A stretch of DNA of 64,000 bases from Rhizobiaceae bacterium. Lineage in GTDB: Bacteria; Pseudomonadota; Alphaproteobacteria; Rhizobiales; Rhizobiaceae. The translations under genes were made by a program, and so were the position numbers. The stretch lies in the NCBI GenBank assembly GCA_963669415.2, contig CAXXPS010000001.1:499614-563613 (forward strand). The letters are read 5' to 3'. Positions 1 to 11,276 of the stretch are shown piece after piece; the stretch's first letter is position 1, and every line of letters begins with the position of its first letter. Below the pieces are notes generated by a model that had not been told where the DNA came from, made no database searches, and was given only the letters and a program-made list of their open reading frames with translations.

Positions 1-320
1 ACCGGAAGACCGGCGGCGGGATGTCGATCGCGGTGACCGGGTTTCTGATCAACATTCTCAATCCCAAACTGTCGATCTTTTTCCTCGCCTTCCTGCCGCA
101 GTTCGTGGATCCGGCGGAAACATCACCGCTCGCCAGCATGCTTCTGCTTTCGGCAGTGTTCATGGTCATGACGTTTTTGGTGTTTGTTGCCTATGGCGCG
201 GTCGCGTCTGTGGCGCGAACACGCCTGTTGGGCAACAAGACGGCAATGGGTTGGCTGAGGCGAAGCTTTGCCGCTGCATTTGTTCTGCTCGGCGCCCGGC
301 TGGCGCTGAGCGAACGCTAG
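1..320 (+). CDS. LysE/RhtB family amino-acid exporter, C-terminal part (5' end outside window)
   Basis: The hydrophobic ORF ends at 320. The motif NILNPKLSIFFLAFLPQF is typical of LysE-type translocators. The frame is open to the window edge. Confidence 0.7.
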   Translation, partial: RKTGGGMSIAVTGFLINILNPKLSIFFLAFLPQFVDPAETSPLASMLLLSAVFMVMTFLVFVAYGAVASVARTRLLGNKTAMGWLRRSFAAAFVLLGARLALSER

Positions 321-378
321 GGACAGGACCCTGGTTGCCCGCTACCCTGTCAGGTGTCACCTGCCATTATTCGGCAAT

Positions 379-1191
379 TCAGGCGTCTTCGACCACGACA
401 CGTTTGTACAGATGCCATGTGGCATGCCCCAGAACGGGCAGGACAACCAATAGACCGAGAAATGCCGGCAATGCGGACAGGATCACCGCCACGACAACGA
501 AGACACCCCAGCTGAGCATCACGACCGGAGAAGCGGCCACTGCCCTGATGCTGGTGATCAGTGCAGTAACGAAATCGACCTCTCTTTCAAGGAGAAGCGG
601 GCAGGATATGACAGTCAGTGTAAACAGGACCAGTGAAATAATCGCGCCGACAATGTGCCCGACCAGAAGGAAGGTAAGGCCATTTGCGGTCGTGAAAACC
701 ACATCAAGGAAACCTTCAAAACTGGCAAATCCTTGAGAGCCAAAGAAGACAGCGACCAGCGTTCGTACCTGATACATCCAGACCCAAAAAATGAACAAGG
801 TGACAAACGCCATCCAGCCTAGCTCGCGCCGGTGCTGCTCCCATACCACCGACAGGATGTCGCGCCATGTCAGAGGGTCATTGTTTTCCAGCTTGCGGCT
901 TGTTTCGTACAACCCCGTCGCAATAAACGGACCAATCAATGCGAAACCGATAATCAGGGGATAGGCGAGCCAGGTCATATTGAACTGGACGACACAGGCG
1001 ACCAGAAAGAGGCCGCCAAGTGCGTAGACGGCACCAAAAAACAGTCCGAAAAGCGGTGCCCGGCGAAAATCACGCCACCCCAGCATCAATATCTTCCGCA
1101 AATCCTGAAACTCGGCCGGGCGCACTTGCGGCAGATCGGATTTTTGCGGCTCCGGTTCAACCGGTTTGGGCGTCGCTGCTTTCTTGGCCAT
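379..1191 (-). CDS. DUF2189-like integral membrane protein
   Basis: 270-aa ORF with several predicted TM helices. The N-terminal LGWRDFRRAPLFGLFFG segment resembles the DUF2189/COG5473 family. Confidence 0.55.
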   Translation of the reverse strand: MAKKAATPKPVEPEPQKSDLPQVRPAEFQDLRKILMLGWRDFRRAPLFGLFFGAVYALGGLFLVACVVQFNMTWLAYPLIIGFALIGPFIATGLYETSRKLENNDPLTWRDILSVVWEQHRRELGWMAFVTLFIFWVWMYQVRTLVAVFFGSQGFASFEGFLDVVFTTANGLTFLLVGHIVGAIISLVLFTLTVISCPLLLEREVDFVTALITSIRAVAASPVVMLSWGVFVVVAVILSALPAFLGLLVVLPVLGHATWHLYKRVVVEDA

Positions 1192-1320
1192 GCAATTCCC
1201 TCCCGAATCCGGAATTACAGATCAGATGATGTTGGATACATTGACCAAGATCAATAACTTCACGATCGTACCGATTTGACCTCAGTCCGGGATCGGCAAG
1301 TGGCTAATCCACCATTGGTG

Positions 1321-2028
1321 TCATATTACCAGTTGGTGAAGCGAGTAGTGGATTCTTGCCTGCAGCCAGCCGTTCCATCCGGTTTCCGCAAGTTTTTCCA
1401 CGACATGGCCAAACGGATCTGAGGTGCCGAAAATCGCTAAAAGTCGCTCATGGCGCGACTTGTCCGACAGCAATATATGTGCAGCTTCCTCGTTGCTGAC
1501 CTGAAAGTCGACCGAACGGGAAACCTGTTTGAGCGTTGCAACGTCCGCGATACCGGACGGATTGCTGGTGTGGTCGTAGTCGTCATCATCGTGGTGCGAT
1601 GGCAGATCGAACCGCAGCATCAGGTCGTCAATCAATACCTCGAAATCATATGGAAGTATCAACGCATTTTCGCGGCAAACTCGCTTCAGCTCGTCCACCG
1701 CCTCATTGGCGTTCAGATAGGAAAACACACCTGCAAACGTCACCAGGTCGACAGAACAATCCGCTATGGGCAGGTTCTCGGCGGTGCCGGGCAGATAGTC
1801 CACTTTGGGGTGTTTGGTTGCCCGATCGAGCATTGATCTGCTTTGATCAATTCCGGTGACGCGCTCACAATGGTTCGTCAATGCAAGGCTGGAGTAACCC
1901 GTACCGCAACCGATATCGAGGCCGTTACGAAAGAAACTGCCATCCAATGCTTCGGCAACGATCAAATCGTGCAGAGGTGGCCGGTAAGCCGAATAGTGGT
2001 AGGCGATCTGTTCGTCGTAAATGTGCAT
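1321..2028 (-). CDS. class I SAM-dependent methyltransferase
   Basis: 235-aa ORF with the SAM-binding motif I LDIGCGTGY and a downstream acidic loop. Confidence 0.75.
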   Translation of the reverse strand: MHIYDEQIAYHYSAYRPPLHDLIVAEALDGSFFRNGLDIGCGTGYSSLALTNHCERVTGIDQSRSMLDRATKHPKVDYLPGTAENLPIADCSVDLVTFAGVFSYLNANEAVDELKRVCRENALILPYDFEVLIDDLMLRFDLPSHHDDDDYDHTSNPSGIADVATLKQVSRSVDFQVSNEEAAHILLSDKSRHERLLAIFGTSDPFGHVVEKLAETGWNGWLQARIHYSLHQLVI

Positions 2029-2177
2029 CCGAAACGGCCTTTCAGAAGCCGATACCTAGCTGAAATTCTGCGCTTTCACATGCGTTCTGGGTTTTGCGGA
2101 TTTGGTCCGGAGCTACAGCACGGGCTTGGCCGGACAGCTGGTTTTGAATTGAGTTCGGGCATTTCTTTGAAGCAGTT

Positions 2178-4913
2178 CTATTCACCGCCCGCCATTCCCT
2201 TCAGCCTGTAGAGCGCATCCAGCGCATCGCGTGGTGTCATCGAATCCGGATCGAGATCGGCGATTTCCTGTACGAGTTTCGTATCCTTCTTCGCTGGCGC
2301 CGCTTCGCGTTTCACCTCAGCATTGAACAGCGGCAAATCGTCGACCAGGCGATTGGCCTTGCCGGACAGTTCACCCTCCTCAAGCTGGTGAAGCACGTCG
2401 CGGGCCCGCGCGACCACCGCTTCAGGAAGGCCGGCCAGTTTTGCCACCTGCACGCCGTAGGAGCGGTCGGCTGCACCCCGCCCCACTTCATGCAGGAAAA
2501 CCACATCGCCGTCCCATTCCTTGACCCGCATGGTGACATTGGCAAGCCGGTTCAACTTTTCTGCCAGCGCGGTCAGTTCGTGGAAATGCGTGGCAAACAA
2601 TGTCCTGCAGCGGTTCTTTTCGTGCAGGAATTCCACCGTACCCCATGCGATCGACAAGCCGTCGAATGTGGCCGTGCCGCGCCCGATCTCGTCGAGGATC
2701 ACCAGTGACCGCTCGGTTGCCTGATTGAGGATCGCCGCAGTCTCCACCATCTCGACCATGAAAGTCGAGCGACCGCGGGCAAGATCGTCGGATGCGCCGA
2801 CGCGGCTGAACAGCCGATCGACGACACCGATCTTCGCAGATTTTGCCGGCACATAAGATCCCATCTGAGCCAGAATGGCGATCAGGGCGTTCTGGCGCAA
2901 AAAGGTCGACTTGCCGCCCATATTGGGACCGGTCAAAAGCCAAATCGCGCCGTTGCCCGCACCGTCGGCGGGCGACAAATCGCAATCATTGGCGATAAAT
3001 GGCGTCCCCGCGTCGGCCCGAAGCGCCTGCTCGACCACGGGATGACGGCCTGCCTCGACCACAAAGTCCGGACCGTCGTCTATTTCTGGCCGGCACCAAT
3101 TTTCCGACTGCGTGAGTTTTGCCAGCGCGATTGCCACATCGAGCAGCGACAATGCATGCGCGCCGTCACGAATTGCCTGCGCATGGCTCACTACATCGGT
3201 GGTCAACTGCGCAAATATTCCCAGTTCGATATCAAGCGCCCGCCCGGCGGCATTGGCAATCTTTGTTTCCAGTTCCGACAGTTCGGTGGTTGTGAACCGC
3301 ATGGCGTTGGCCATGGTTTGGCGGTGGATGAATCGGGCTTTCGCTTCATCCGTTCCGGTCATGATCGCCTGGTGGTTGGCCGTAACCTCGATATAGTACC
3401 CGAGCACATTGTTGTGCCGGATTTTCAGCGATTTTATGCCGGTTTCCTCTGCCAGGTCAGCCTGCATTTGCGCGATGATGCGCCGCGACTGGTCACGCAA
3501 ACCCCGCATCTCGTCCAGTTCGCTGTTGTATCCTTCGCGAATGAACCCGCCGTCGCGCTTCAAAAGCGGCAGCTCATCGCCGAGAGACCGTTCAAGATGC
3601 TCGGCAAATTGTTTTGGCAAATTCGCTAGTGCATCCCGGGCCTGAGCCAGTTCCGCCGGCAGTTGCTTGTCTTGCAACTCAACGGCTAGATCGAGACCGG
3701 CCGCCAGACCCGCTGCAATTGCGCCAAGGTCGCGCGGACCACCTCGCCCGAGCGCCAGCCGCGACAAAGCGCGAGGCATGTCGGGCGATCGTTTCAACCG
3801 CTGACGCAGTTTATCGGCCAAATCGGGCTCCGACAGCGCAAATCCAATCGAATCGAGCCTGTTCCGGATTGCAACAGGATCCGTCAGCGGCGCCATCAGC
3901 CGGTCGCACAACAGACGTGCGCCGCCGCCGGTCACCGTCCGGTCAATCGATTTCAGCAGGCTGCCGTCACGTTTTCCCGACAGCGTGCGCACCAGCTCCA
4001 GGTTGGCGCGTGTGGCGGGATCGATGAACAGCGCCGTTGCGCCGTCTTCGCGCACAGGGCGCTCCAGTTCCGGTCGCTCGGCTTTCTGCGTCTTCTCGAC
4101 ATAGGCGATGATGCCGGAAATTGCTGACAGCTCCGCCCGCGAATACGACCCGAAACCGTCCAGCGTGGCGACACCGAAATGCCGCGTGATCCGGTTTTCC
4201 GCCGTCGCGGAATCAAACAGGCTCGCAGGTTGCGGCATGACAATACGGCCTGCCAGGTCGAGCACCGGTTTCATGATCTCGTCGTGAAACAGCGGTTCGG
4301 GCACGATCAATTCGCGCGGTTCGACCCGCATGACTTCCGCGCTGAGCCGTTCGCGATCAGTCGAGGCAATCCGAAAAGCTCCGGTGGAAATATCGATCCA
4401 TGCCAATGCCAGCGATTTGTCGCCATCGGCCTTTACCCGTCCAAGCGCCATCAGATAGTTCGACCGTGACGGCGCCAACAGTTTGTCTTCAGTGATCGTG
4501 CCCGGTGTCACCAATCGTACGACATCGCGGCGGACGACGGCCTTGTATCCGCGTTTCTTTGCCTCGGCCGGATCCTCGATCTGTTCGCAGACAGCCACGC
4601 GGTGGCCGAGCGCGATCAGTTTTTGCAGATAATCATCAGCAGCATGCTCCGGGACGCCGCACATCGGGATATCGTGGTCAAGGTGCTTGCCGCGTTTGGT
4701 AAGGGTGATGCCGAGCGCACGCGACGCTGTTTCCGCATCGTCGAAAAACAGCTCGTAGAAATCACCCATTCGATAAAAAAGCAGACAATCGGGATTGGCG
4801 ATTTTGATCTCGATATACTGCTCCATCATCGGCGTTGCCTTGGCGAGGCTCTCAGGCGTTGCCAACCTGGCCGTCGATAGCCTTTCAGGTGATATGGGCG
4901 TCTCGTCGTTCAC
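2178..4913 (-). CDS. mutS: DNA mismatch repair protein MutS
   Basis: 911 aa. It has the N-terminal [11 protein letters not shown] mismatch-binding motif, the Walker A motif [10 protein letters not shown], and the DEIGRGT and THFHEL motifs. Confidence 0.97.
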   Translation of the reverse strand: MNDETPISPERLSTARLATPESLAKATPMMEQYIEIKIANPDCLLFYRMGDFYELFFDDAETASRALGITLTKRGKHLDHDIPMCGVPEHAADDYLQKLIALGHRVAVCEQIEDPAEAKKRGYKAVVRRDVVRLVTPGTITEDKLLAPSRSNYLMALGRVKADGDKSLALAWIDISTGAFRIASTDRERLSAEVMRVEPRELIVPEPLFHDEIMKPVLDLAGRIVMPQPASLFDSATAENRITRHFGVATLDGFGSYSRAELSAISGIIAYVEKTQKAERPELERPVREDGATALFIDPATRANLELVRTLSGKRDGSLLKSIDRTVTGGGARLLCDRLMAPLTDPVAIRNRLDSIGFALSEPDLADKLRQRLKRSPDMPRALSRLALGRGGPRDLGAIAAGLAAGLDLAVELQDKQLPAELAQARDALANLPKQFAEHLERSLGDELPLLKRDGGFIREGYNSELDEMRGLRDQSRRIIAQMQADLAEETGIKSLKIRHNNVLGYYIEVTANHQAIMTGTDEAKARFIHRQTMANAMRFTTTELSELETKIANAAGRALDIELGIFAQLTTDVVSHAQAIRDGAHALSLLDVAIALAKLTQSENWCRPEIDDGPDFVVEAGRHPVVEQALRADAGTPFIANDCDLSPADGAGNGAIWLLTGPNMGGKSTFLRQNALIAILAQMGSYVPAKSAKIGVVDRLFSRVGASDDLARGRSTFMVEMVETAAILNQATERSLVILDEIGRGTATFDGLSIAWGTVEFLHEKNRCRTLFATHFHELTALAEKLNRLANVTMRVKEWDGDVVFLHEVGRGAADRSYGVQVAKLAGLPEAVVARARDVLHQLEEGELSGKANRLVDDLPLFNAEVKREAAPAKKDTKLVQEIADLDPDSMTPRDALDALYRLKGMAGGE

Positions 4914-5033
4914 GGCCTCTCCGTGGAAACAGTTTAAGATTATTGACGATTGGCTCTTTTATCGCTGCAAGTGTAGCCTTACAAATCGTGCTCCACAAAG
5001 AACTACGCGTAATTGAGGGTATTTGTTAGCGTT

Positions 5034-7319
5034 ATGCCGGCTACAGACAAATCAGACCGCGGCGGCCCTTCGGTCAGCGACGCGGAAGCGCTGGAATTTC
5101 ACTCATCCGGCCGCGCAGGCAAACTGGAAATAAATCCGACGAAGCCAATGGCGACCCAGCGCGATCTGTCGCTGGCCTATTCGCCGGGCGTTGCGGTGCC
5201 GGTCAATGCCATCGCAGAGGACCCCAGCCGCGCCTATGATTACACCACCAAGGGCAACATGGTCGCCGTTATCTCCAACGGCTCGGCCATTTTGGGCCTC
5301 GGCAATCTTGGGGCACTTGCATCTAAGCCGGTGATGGAAGGCAAGTCTGTCCTGTTCAAGCGCTTTGCCGATGTCGATTCCATCGATCTGGAAGTCGATA
5401 CCGGCGACATAGATGAATTCATCAATTGCGTTCGCTATCTCGGACCCTCCTTCGGCGGTATCAATCTGGAAGACATCAAGGCGCCCGATTGTTTCATCAT
5501 CGAGCAACAATTGCGCGAATTGATGGATATACCGGTATTTCACGACGATCAGCATGGCACCGCGATTATCGCTGCCGCTGGTCTTATCAACGCGATGCAT
5601 CTGACTAGCCGCGACATGAAGGACGCCAAGCTGGTGGTCAATGGCGCTGGTGCTGCGGCCATTGCCTGTGTCGAACTGGTCAAGTCGATGGGCTTTTCGC
5701 CGCAAAATATTACGCTCTGTGACACCAAGGGGGTCATCTATCAGGGCCGCAAGGAAGGTATGAACCAGTGGAAGTCGGCGCATGCGGTCAAGTCCGACGC
5801 CCGTACGCTGGCAGAAGCGGTCGAAGGTTCGGACATTTTCTTTGGCCTTTCAGTCAAGGGCGCCCTGACCCGCGCGATGGTCAAATCGATGGCCGCCAAT
5901 CCGATCATTTTCGCCATGGCCAATCCTGATCCCGAGATCACACCGGAAGAAGTGGCCGAAATCCGTGACGATGCGATCATGGCCACCGGCCGTTCGGACT
6001 ACCCAAACCAGGTCAACAATGTTCTTGGTTTTCCTTACATATTCCGCGGTGCGCTCGATGTACGTGCTTCGACCATCAACAACGAGATGAAGGCGGCAGC
6101 GGCTGAAGCGCTGGCCGAACTCGCCCGCGCCGACGTGCCCGACGACGTGGCGGCAGCCTATCGCGGCAATCGGCCGAAATTCGGCCCCGGCTATATCATT
6201 CCCGTACCATTCGACCCACGGCTGATCTCGGCAATTCCCGTTGCTGTCGCCAAGGCAGCGATGGATTCGGGCGTCGCCCGCAAACCGATACTCAATCTGG
6301 AGGCTTACGCGCAGGAATTGGCCGGCCGCCGCGATCCGATTGCCTCCACCTTGCAGCGCATCTATGACCGTGTGCGCCGTCAGCCCAAACGCATCGTCTT
6401 TGCTGAGGGCGAAGAGGAACAGGTGATGCGCGCCGCCGTTTCTTACGTCAACCAGAAGCTCGGCACAGCCATTCTGCTTGGCCGCGAAAAGCAGATGAAG
6501 GAAACGGCACGCAATGCCGGCGTCGATATCAGCCGGCCAGGCATTGAACTCATCAATGCGCGCCTATCGCGGCGCAACGAAGCCTATGCCGATTTTCTTT
6601 ACGAGCGGCTGCAGCGGCGGGGTTATCTGCAGCGCGACTGCCAGCGGCTCATCAACAATGACCGCAACCATTTCGCCTCTTGCATGGTGGCGCTGGGAGA
6701 CGCGGACGGTGTGGTAACCGGTGTCACCCGTAACTATTCCACGGTGCTCGACGATGTGCGCCGTTGCATTGACGCCAAACCCGGCCACCGGGTCATTGGC
6801 GTGTCGCTGGCACTGTGCCGGGGCCGTACCGTGCTGGTCGCCGACACAGCCGTCCACGACATGCCCAACGCCGTCGAATTGGCCGATATCGCCGAGGAAG
6901 CTGCCGGCCAGGCGCGCCGCATGGGCTACGAGCCGCGTGTGGCAATGCTGGCCTATTCAACGTTCGGCCACCCGCCGGGTGAACGATCGGAGCGCGTGCA
7001 GGAGGCGGTGAAGATATTGAACAAGCGCCGCGTTGATTTCGAATATGACGGCGAGATGGCCGCCGATGTGGCCCTCAATCCGACATTGATGGAGCGCTAT
7101 CCGTTCATCGGACTGTCGGGACCGGCCAATGTGCTGGTGATGCCAGCGTTCCACTCAGCTTCGATCTCAACCAAAATGTTGCAGGAGTTGGGCGGCTCCA
7201 CGGTGATCGGACCGCTGCTGGTGGGTCTGAACAAATCAGTCCAGATTGTACCGCTCAACGCCAAGGATTCAGATATCGTCAATATGGCGGCAATTGCAGC
7301 CTATAACGCCGCCGTGTGA
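5034..7319 (+). CDS. maeB: NAD(P)-dependent malic enzyme, chimeric type with C-terminal phosphate-acetyltransferase-like domain
   Basis: About 760 aa. The malic-enzyme core shows the motifs [17 protein letters not shown] and VVNGAGAAA, and a PTA-like C-terminal half follows. ATG 5034 is preferred over the TTG at 5013. Confidence 0.92.
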   Translation: MPATDKSDRGGPSVSDAEALEFHSSGRAGKLEINPTKPMATQRDLSLAYSPGVAVPVNAIAEDPSRAYDYTTKGNMVAVISNGSAILGLGNLGALASKPVMEGKSVLFKRFADVDSIDLEVDTGDIDEFINCVRYLGPSFGGINLEDIKAPDCFIIEQQLRELMDIPVFHDDQHGTAIIAAAGLINAMHLTSRDMKDAKLVVNGAGAAAIACVELVKSMGFSPQNITLCDTKGVIYQGRKEGMNQWKSAHAVKSDARTLAEAVEGSDIFFGLSVKGALTRAMVKSMAANPIIFAMANPDPEITPEEVAEIRDDAIMATGRSDYPNQVNNVLGFPYIFRGALDVRASTINNEMKAAAAEALAELARADVPDDVAAAYRGNRPKFGPGYIIPVPFDPRLISAIPVAVAKAAMDSGVARKPILNLEAYAQELAGRRDPIASTLQRIYDRVRRQPKRIVFAEGEEEQVMRAAVSYVNQKLGTAILLGREKQMKETARNAGVDISRPGIELINARLSRRNEAYADFLYERLQRRGYLQRDCQRLINNDRNHFASCMVALGDADGVVTGVTRNYSTVLDDVRRCIDAKPGHRVIGVSLALCRGRTVLVADTAVHDMPNAVELADIAEEAAGQARRMGYEPRVAMLAYSTFGHPPGERSERVQEAVKILNKRRVDFEYDGEMAADVALNPTLMERYPFIGLSGPANVLVMPAFHSASISTKMLQELGGSTVIGPLLVGLNKSVQIVPLNAKDSDIVNMAAIAAYNAAV

Positions 7320-7439
7320 GGCATTCATCGGCTTCGAAGTCCGGTTCTTCAAGGCTGAATACTGCGATTGACTGCAGGAGAACCGCAATTGCGAATTGCC
7401 TGGGATCAGCCCGTCGCTGCGCGTTCTTCTTGACCGTCG

Positions 7440-9130
7440 GAGTTCCCTGTGACGGACTCGGCGCCATTTGCAATCAATTCGGACACCCTCCGTCGTTCAA
7501 GGCAAGCTGATTAATCACAGTGATTGGAAAGGGCTGGGATTGGAAGGGGCTGGTTGCACTTCGTGGCCTATGGATGGACTTCCAAATTTCTTTCACCAAG
7601 GCCATCAGGACCAAACTATCATCGGAGAAAGGGCTCATTAGGCTGATTTTGTCTCAGTTTATTGCCAATGCGTCTCAATCTTCGTTCGCCCCAAATATCT
7701 TCGTGGGGAATTGCCGTCATGCGCTTGCCAGCTCTGTCGTTGTCTGTGCATTTTCACGGGCGGCGCCGAATTGGCAGCCGTCTGCTGCGACGATGTTGGC
7801 TGTAATTGCAGTTCGGTTATAACCTCAAACCCTTACAGCCTGCAGGATGGAGAAACTCCAGGTTGATTGTAGCGCTCCGAGTCGTTGACCCAACTGTTGT
7901 CAGTCTTCGAATTGAGCACTCTGCAGAACAGAATTTCCAAAACACGATGATGGACGCGAATTCCACATCAGGTTTTTGCCGAAAAGGTAAAACAGGTACG
8001 CCGGGAGCACAGTGGACTTGGTATGTGCTCACTTGCTAAATTCCCTCATCCAAACAACATGACTTACGGCTAACGTCATGGGATGTCGATTATGGGCACA
8101 GAAGTAACAACCGATCAGTTCGATTCAAGACATTTTCCGCCGTCGGCGCGGCTGCAAAAATTTGCGGAACATGTACTTGATTATTCCATGATGAAGGCGC
8201 GGACTTTTGGCGGCATCAATGGCGACAACCCAAACGTTTTTCTGCACGAACGATTTCTCCAAAATGAGATATATTTCTCGTTGCTGGCTTCTTCTGGATT
8301 TATTTCGACTGCCGGTCCGCGAAGATTGGATGCGCGGGCTGGCTCCATCGCGGTTGGTCTATTGAAAAGCGGAAGTGCAGAAATACGTACTGAGAAAGAC
8401 CGTTTCAAACTCAGCGATGGAGACATCTACATCAATGCGACATCCAGTTTTGAATGGACGTTTGCGGAATCCAACGTTGTCCGACTGATATTCCCATCCG
8501 GCACAATCAAGGAACTGCTCCACCGTTCGGGGGAGTTTATCGTATTTCGGAACAACCAACCGGTAACCGAGATACTCAAAGCAACAATTTCGGGATTTGA
8601 GAGTACCCTGCGTGAAGGGAACGCGGCGGCAGTGAACCAAATGGGCCGGCTCGCAGTCGACCTTTCGTCAAGGATTATCGAAGAGCAAATACTGCGGAGC
8701 GCCTTCAGCGGTCATGAAATTATCCGGGAGAGGGCGCGGGAGTATATCCACGACAATTTCGCGTCCACGGACCTCCGGATAGATGAAATCGCCTCCTATG
8801 TCGGCACATCACGATCCACCTTGTACAGATCTTTCGAGGGAATTGGCGGAGTGCGCGAATATATAATGTCAGTCAGGTTAGAGAAGGCCAAACATTTGAT
8901 AGGCTACGCGGAACCGGAGCGAGGCTGGTTATCGAAAATCGCCTTTGCTTGCGGATTTGGCTCAGTCGGTCAGCTAAGCGCTGCTTTCAAAACGCGCTTT
9001 GGCGTTAGTCCAACCGTGTTCAAAAATGTCGATGGGGATGGATAAGTCACGCGATATTCGTTGCTGAGCGAATCTCAATCTGAGACCTGCTGACGCGTTA
9101 CAGAGCAGGGATCGCAGCTGCAACATACTT
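7440..9130. repeat. tandem segmental repeat, unit 1 (leader plus AraC gene plus trailer)
   Basis: Anchors tgacgg (7449), gctgatt (7506) and ggggctggttgcacttcgtgg (about 7548) recur at 9171/9228/9250 and at 10756/10817/10840. Boundaries are approximate. Confidence 0.7.
8083..9045 (+). CDS. AraC family transcriptional regulator (paralogue A)
   Basis: 320 aa with a C-terminal double HTH (IASYVGTSRSTLYRSFEGIGGVREYIMSVRLEKAK ... FGSVGQLSAAFKTRFGVSP). Confidence 0.85.
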   Translation: MSIMGTEVTTDQFDSRHFPPSARLQKFAEHVLDYSMMKARTFGGINGDNPNVFLHERFLQNEIYFSLLASSGFISTAGPRRLDARAGSIAVGLLKSGSAEIRTEKDRFKLSDGDIYINATSSFEWTFAESNVVRLIFPSGTIKELLHRSGEFIVFRNNQPVTEILKATISGFESTLREGNAAAVNQMGRLAVDLSSRIIEEQILRSAFSGHEIIRERAREYIHDNFASTDLRIDEIASYVGTSRSTLYRSFEGIGGVREYIMSVRLEKAKHLIGYAEPERGWLSKIAFACGFGSVGQLSAAFKTRFGVSPTVFKNVDGDG

Positions 9131-10700
9131 GGATTTGGCCGTTCGCAGCACAGTCCTCCAGTCGACCGGATGACGGCCTTGGCGCTAACTGCGCTCAATT
9201 CAAACAGACTCCCGGGGTTCGAGATATGCTGATTGAACACAATCAAGTGGGAGGGGCTGGTCGCACTTCGTGACTTGTGGATGAACTCCCAAGGTTTTTC
9301 ACCAAGACCGTCAACTTCAACCTATCATTGTGGGATGGGTTCGCCGAGTGCGACCTATCCCAGATGATTGCGTAAATGTCTCAATCTCATTTCAGACGGT
9401 GCGTTCTCGGGTCAGAATGGCTGTGCGTGAGGCGCAGACGCACCTTCACGACCCAAGCGCCGCCAATTGACTACGTTGCGTGGCGCCGTGCGCCCTTCAT
9501 TGCTGACCATCCGGAACCAGTCACCAAAAATTCCATCTCTGAAGGAGTAATTAGCGTCGTTGATACGCAGTAGACTTGATAAACGGTTCCCTGCTAAAAT
9601 CTCAGTCAGATGGTGAGACAAATCGCTGATATCGGGGGGTATCGGAAATGGCTCCAGCTGTAACAACCCAACAATTTGACTCCCGGCAATTTCCGCTGGC
9701 GCTGCGGCTCCAAAGGTTTGAAGAGTATGTGCAGGGTCATCCAATGCACTTGATGTCGGCGGCCATGTTTCGCGAATTGAATGGTGATAATCCGAATGTT
9801 TTCCGGCAAGAACGACTTTACGGAAAGGGAGTGTGCCTTTCCATTTTGAATTCTTCAGGTTTCGTCTCAACAGCCGGCGAGCGGAAACGGGATGCGCGAT
9901 TGGGAACCGTGACGGTAGGTCTGCTGAAAAGCGGCACTGCGGAGGTACGGACTGGTCAAGATCATTTCAAACTCAAAGATGGAGACATCTACATCAACGC
10001 GACTTCCAATTTTGAGACAACATTCGGTGAATCTGCGGTAACCAGACTGATTTTTCCTGCGGGACCCATCAAGGAGTTATTTCACCGTTCCGGTGAGTTT
10101 GTCGTATTTCGGAAAAATCAACCTGTGACGGAGATATTGAGCGCGACAATATCCGGATTTGAAAAGGCATTGCGCGAAAGCGAAATGGCGGAGGTGAACC
10201 AGATGAGCCGGCTTGCCATCGACCTCACGTCAAGGATAATCGAAGAGCAGGTCCTTAGGAGCGCACGCAGCGGATACGAGATTATTCGGGAGCGTGCGCG
10301 GGAGTATATTCACGACAATTTTGCGTCTCCCAGCCTTCAGATTGGCGATATTGCTGCCTATGTAGGAACTTCACGATCTACCCTGTACCGATCTTTCGAG
10401 GGCATTGGTGGAGTGCGCGAATACATAATGTCGGTCAGGTTGGAAGCGGCCAAACTTTTGATTGGTCGCGGGACACCGGAGCGAAGCGCATTATCAAATA
10501 TTGCCTTGGCCTGCGGATTTGATACGGCAGGCCGGTTAAGGGCTGCTTTCAAGTCGCGTTTCGGTGTTAGTCCGACCCTCTACGAAAACGTCGACGGTCA
10601 ACATTAGAACGTTCGAAATTCGTTGCCTCGACAATTGTGGCCAATACAAAATTGGTGCAGGCAGCCCGGCAACAGGGGTGAAGGTTATCATTGCGACAAT
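9131..10700. repeat. tandem segmental repeat, unit 2
   Basis: Collinear nucleotide similarity to unit 1 across leader, gene and trailer. The gene-to-gene period is 1565 bp (8083 to 9648). Confidence 0.7.
9648..10607 (+). CDS. AraC family transcriptional regulator (paralogue B)
   Basis: 319 aa. It is collinear with the 8083..9045 product along its whole length, with long identical runs such as GDIYINATS, HRSGEF, QPVTEIL, IIRERAREYIHDNFAS and YVGTSRSTLYRSFEGIGGVREYIMSVRLE. Confidence 0.85.
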   Translation: MAPAVTTQQFDSRQFPLALRLQRFEEYVQGHPMHLMSAAMFRELNGDNPNVFRQERLYGKGVCLSILNSSGFVSTAGERKRDARLGTVTVGLLKSGTAEVRTGQDHFKLKDGDIYINATSNFETTFGESAVTRLIFPAGPIKELFHRSGEFVVFRKNQPVTEILSATISGFEKALRESEMAEVNQMSRLAIDLTSRIIEEQVLRSARSGYEIIRERAREYIHDNFASPSLQIGDIAAYVGTSRSTLYRSFEGIGGVREYIMSVRLEAAKLLIGRGTPERSALSNIALACGFDTAGRLRAAFKSRFGVSPTLYENVDGQH

Positions 10701-11010
10701 CGTGGATTTGGCCCTTTGCGGTACAATCCTGCGGTCAAACAACCAAAGCCCCGGATGACGGTCTTGGCGCCAAAGCAACCAATCTGAACGTAGCCCCGAG
10801 GTTCGGTTCGAGGTATGCTGATTGGCCGCAAATAACCGGGAGACACTGGTCACGCTTTGTGATTTGTGGATTGAGTCCCCAAGTTTTTCGACAAGACCGT
10901 CATTATCAATCTACCATCGTCAAATGGAAGGGACGAGATCGGCCTTTCTCACTTGTTTACCGAGATGTCTCAACATCAGTTCCTGCCGGGTGCTGTGCCG
11001 GTAAAACACA
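10701..11010. repeat. tandem segmental repeat, truncated and degenerate unit 3 (leader only)
   Basis: The trailer and leader anchors are present (10704 ggatttggcc, 10756 tgacgg, 10817 gctgatt, 10866 tttgtggatt). Similarity fades before any AraC coding part appears. Confidence 0.55.
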
Positions 11011-11276
11011 TTGGCGGAGCGAGAGCGATTCCTGCCTTGTTCCGGCATCCTGTTCAGTACCACAAATTTGGCTACCGCCCTTCAAGGTCAAAGTGGCTGC
11101 ACGCTCATTTCAACCATGGACTGAGACCCGCTGCGCTGGCGACATGTCGCGAGCAGTAATCCAACCCGGATTGGGCCAAATAAAGCCAGGAGTTGGTCAA
11201 TTTCAGAAAGGTGTAATTAACGGCCACAAACTCGACAGCATGAAAATGTCCGCCGGAAGCCGTGCAAACCTGTCTT

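Noticed and set aside
7520-7822. 100-aa ORF covering the conserved leader block of repeat unit 1
   Set aside because: The three leader copies share nucleotide similarity, but indels shift the frame between copies (for example aaatttctttcacc against aaggtttttcacc). A conserved peptide is therefore not supported.
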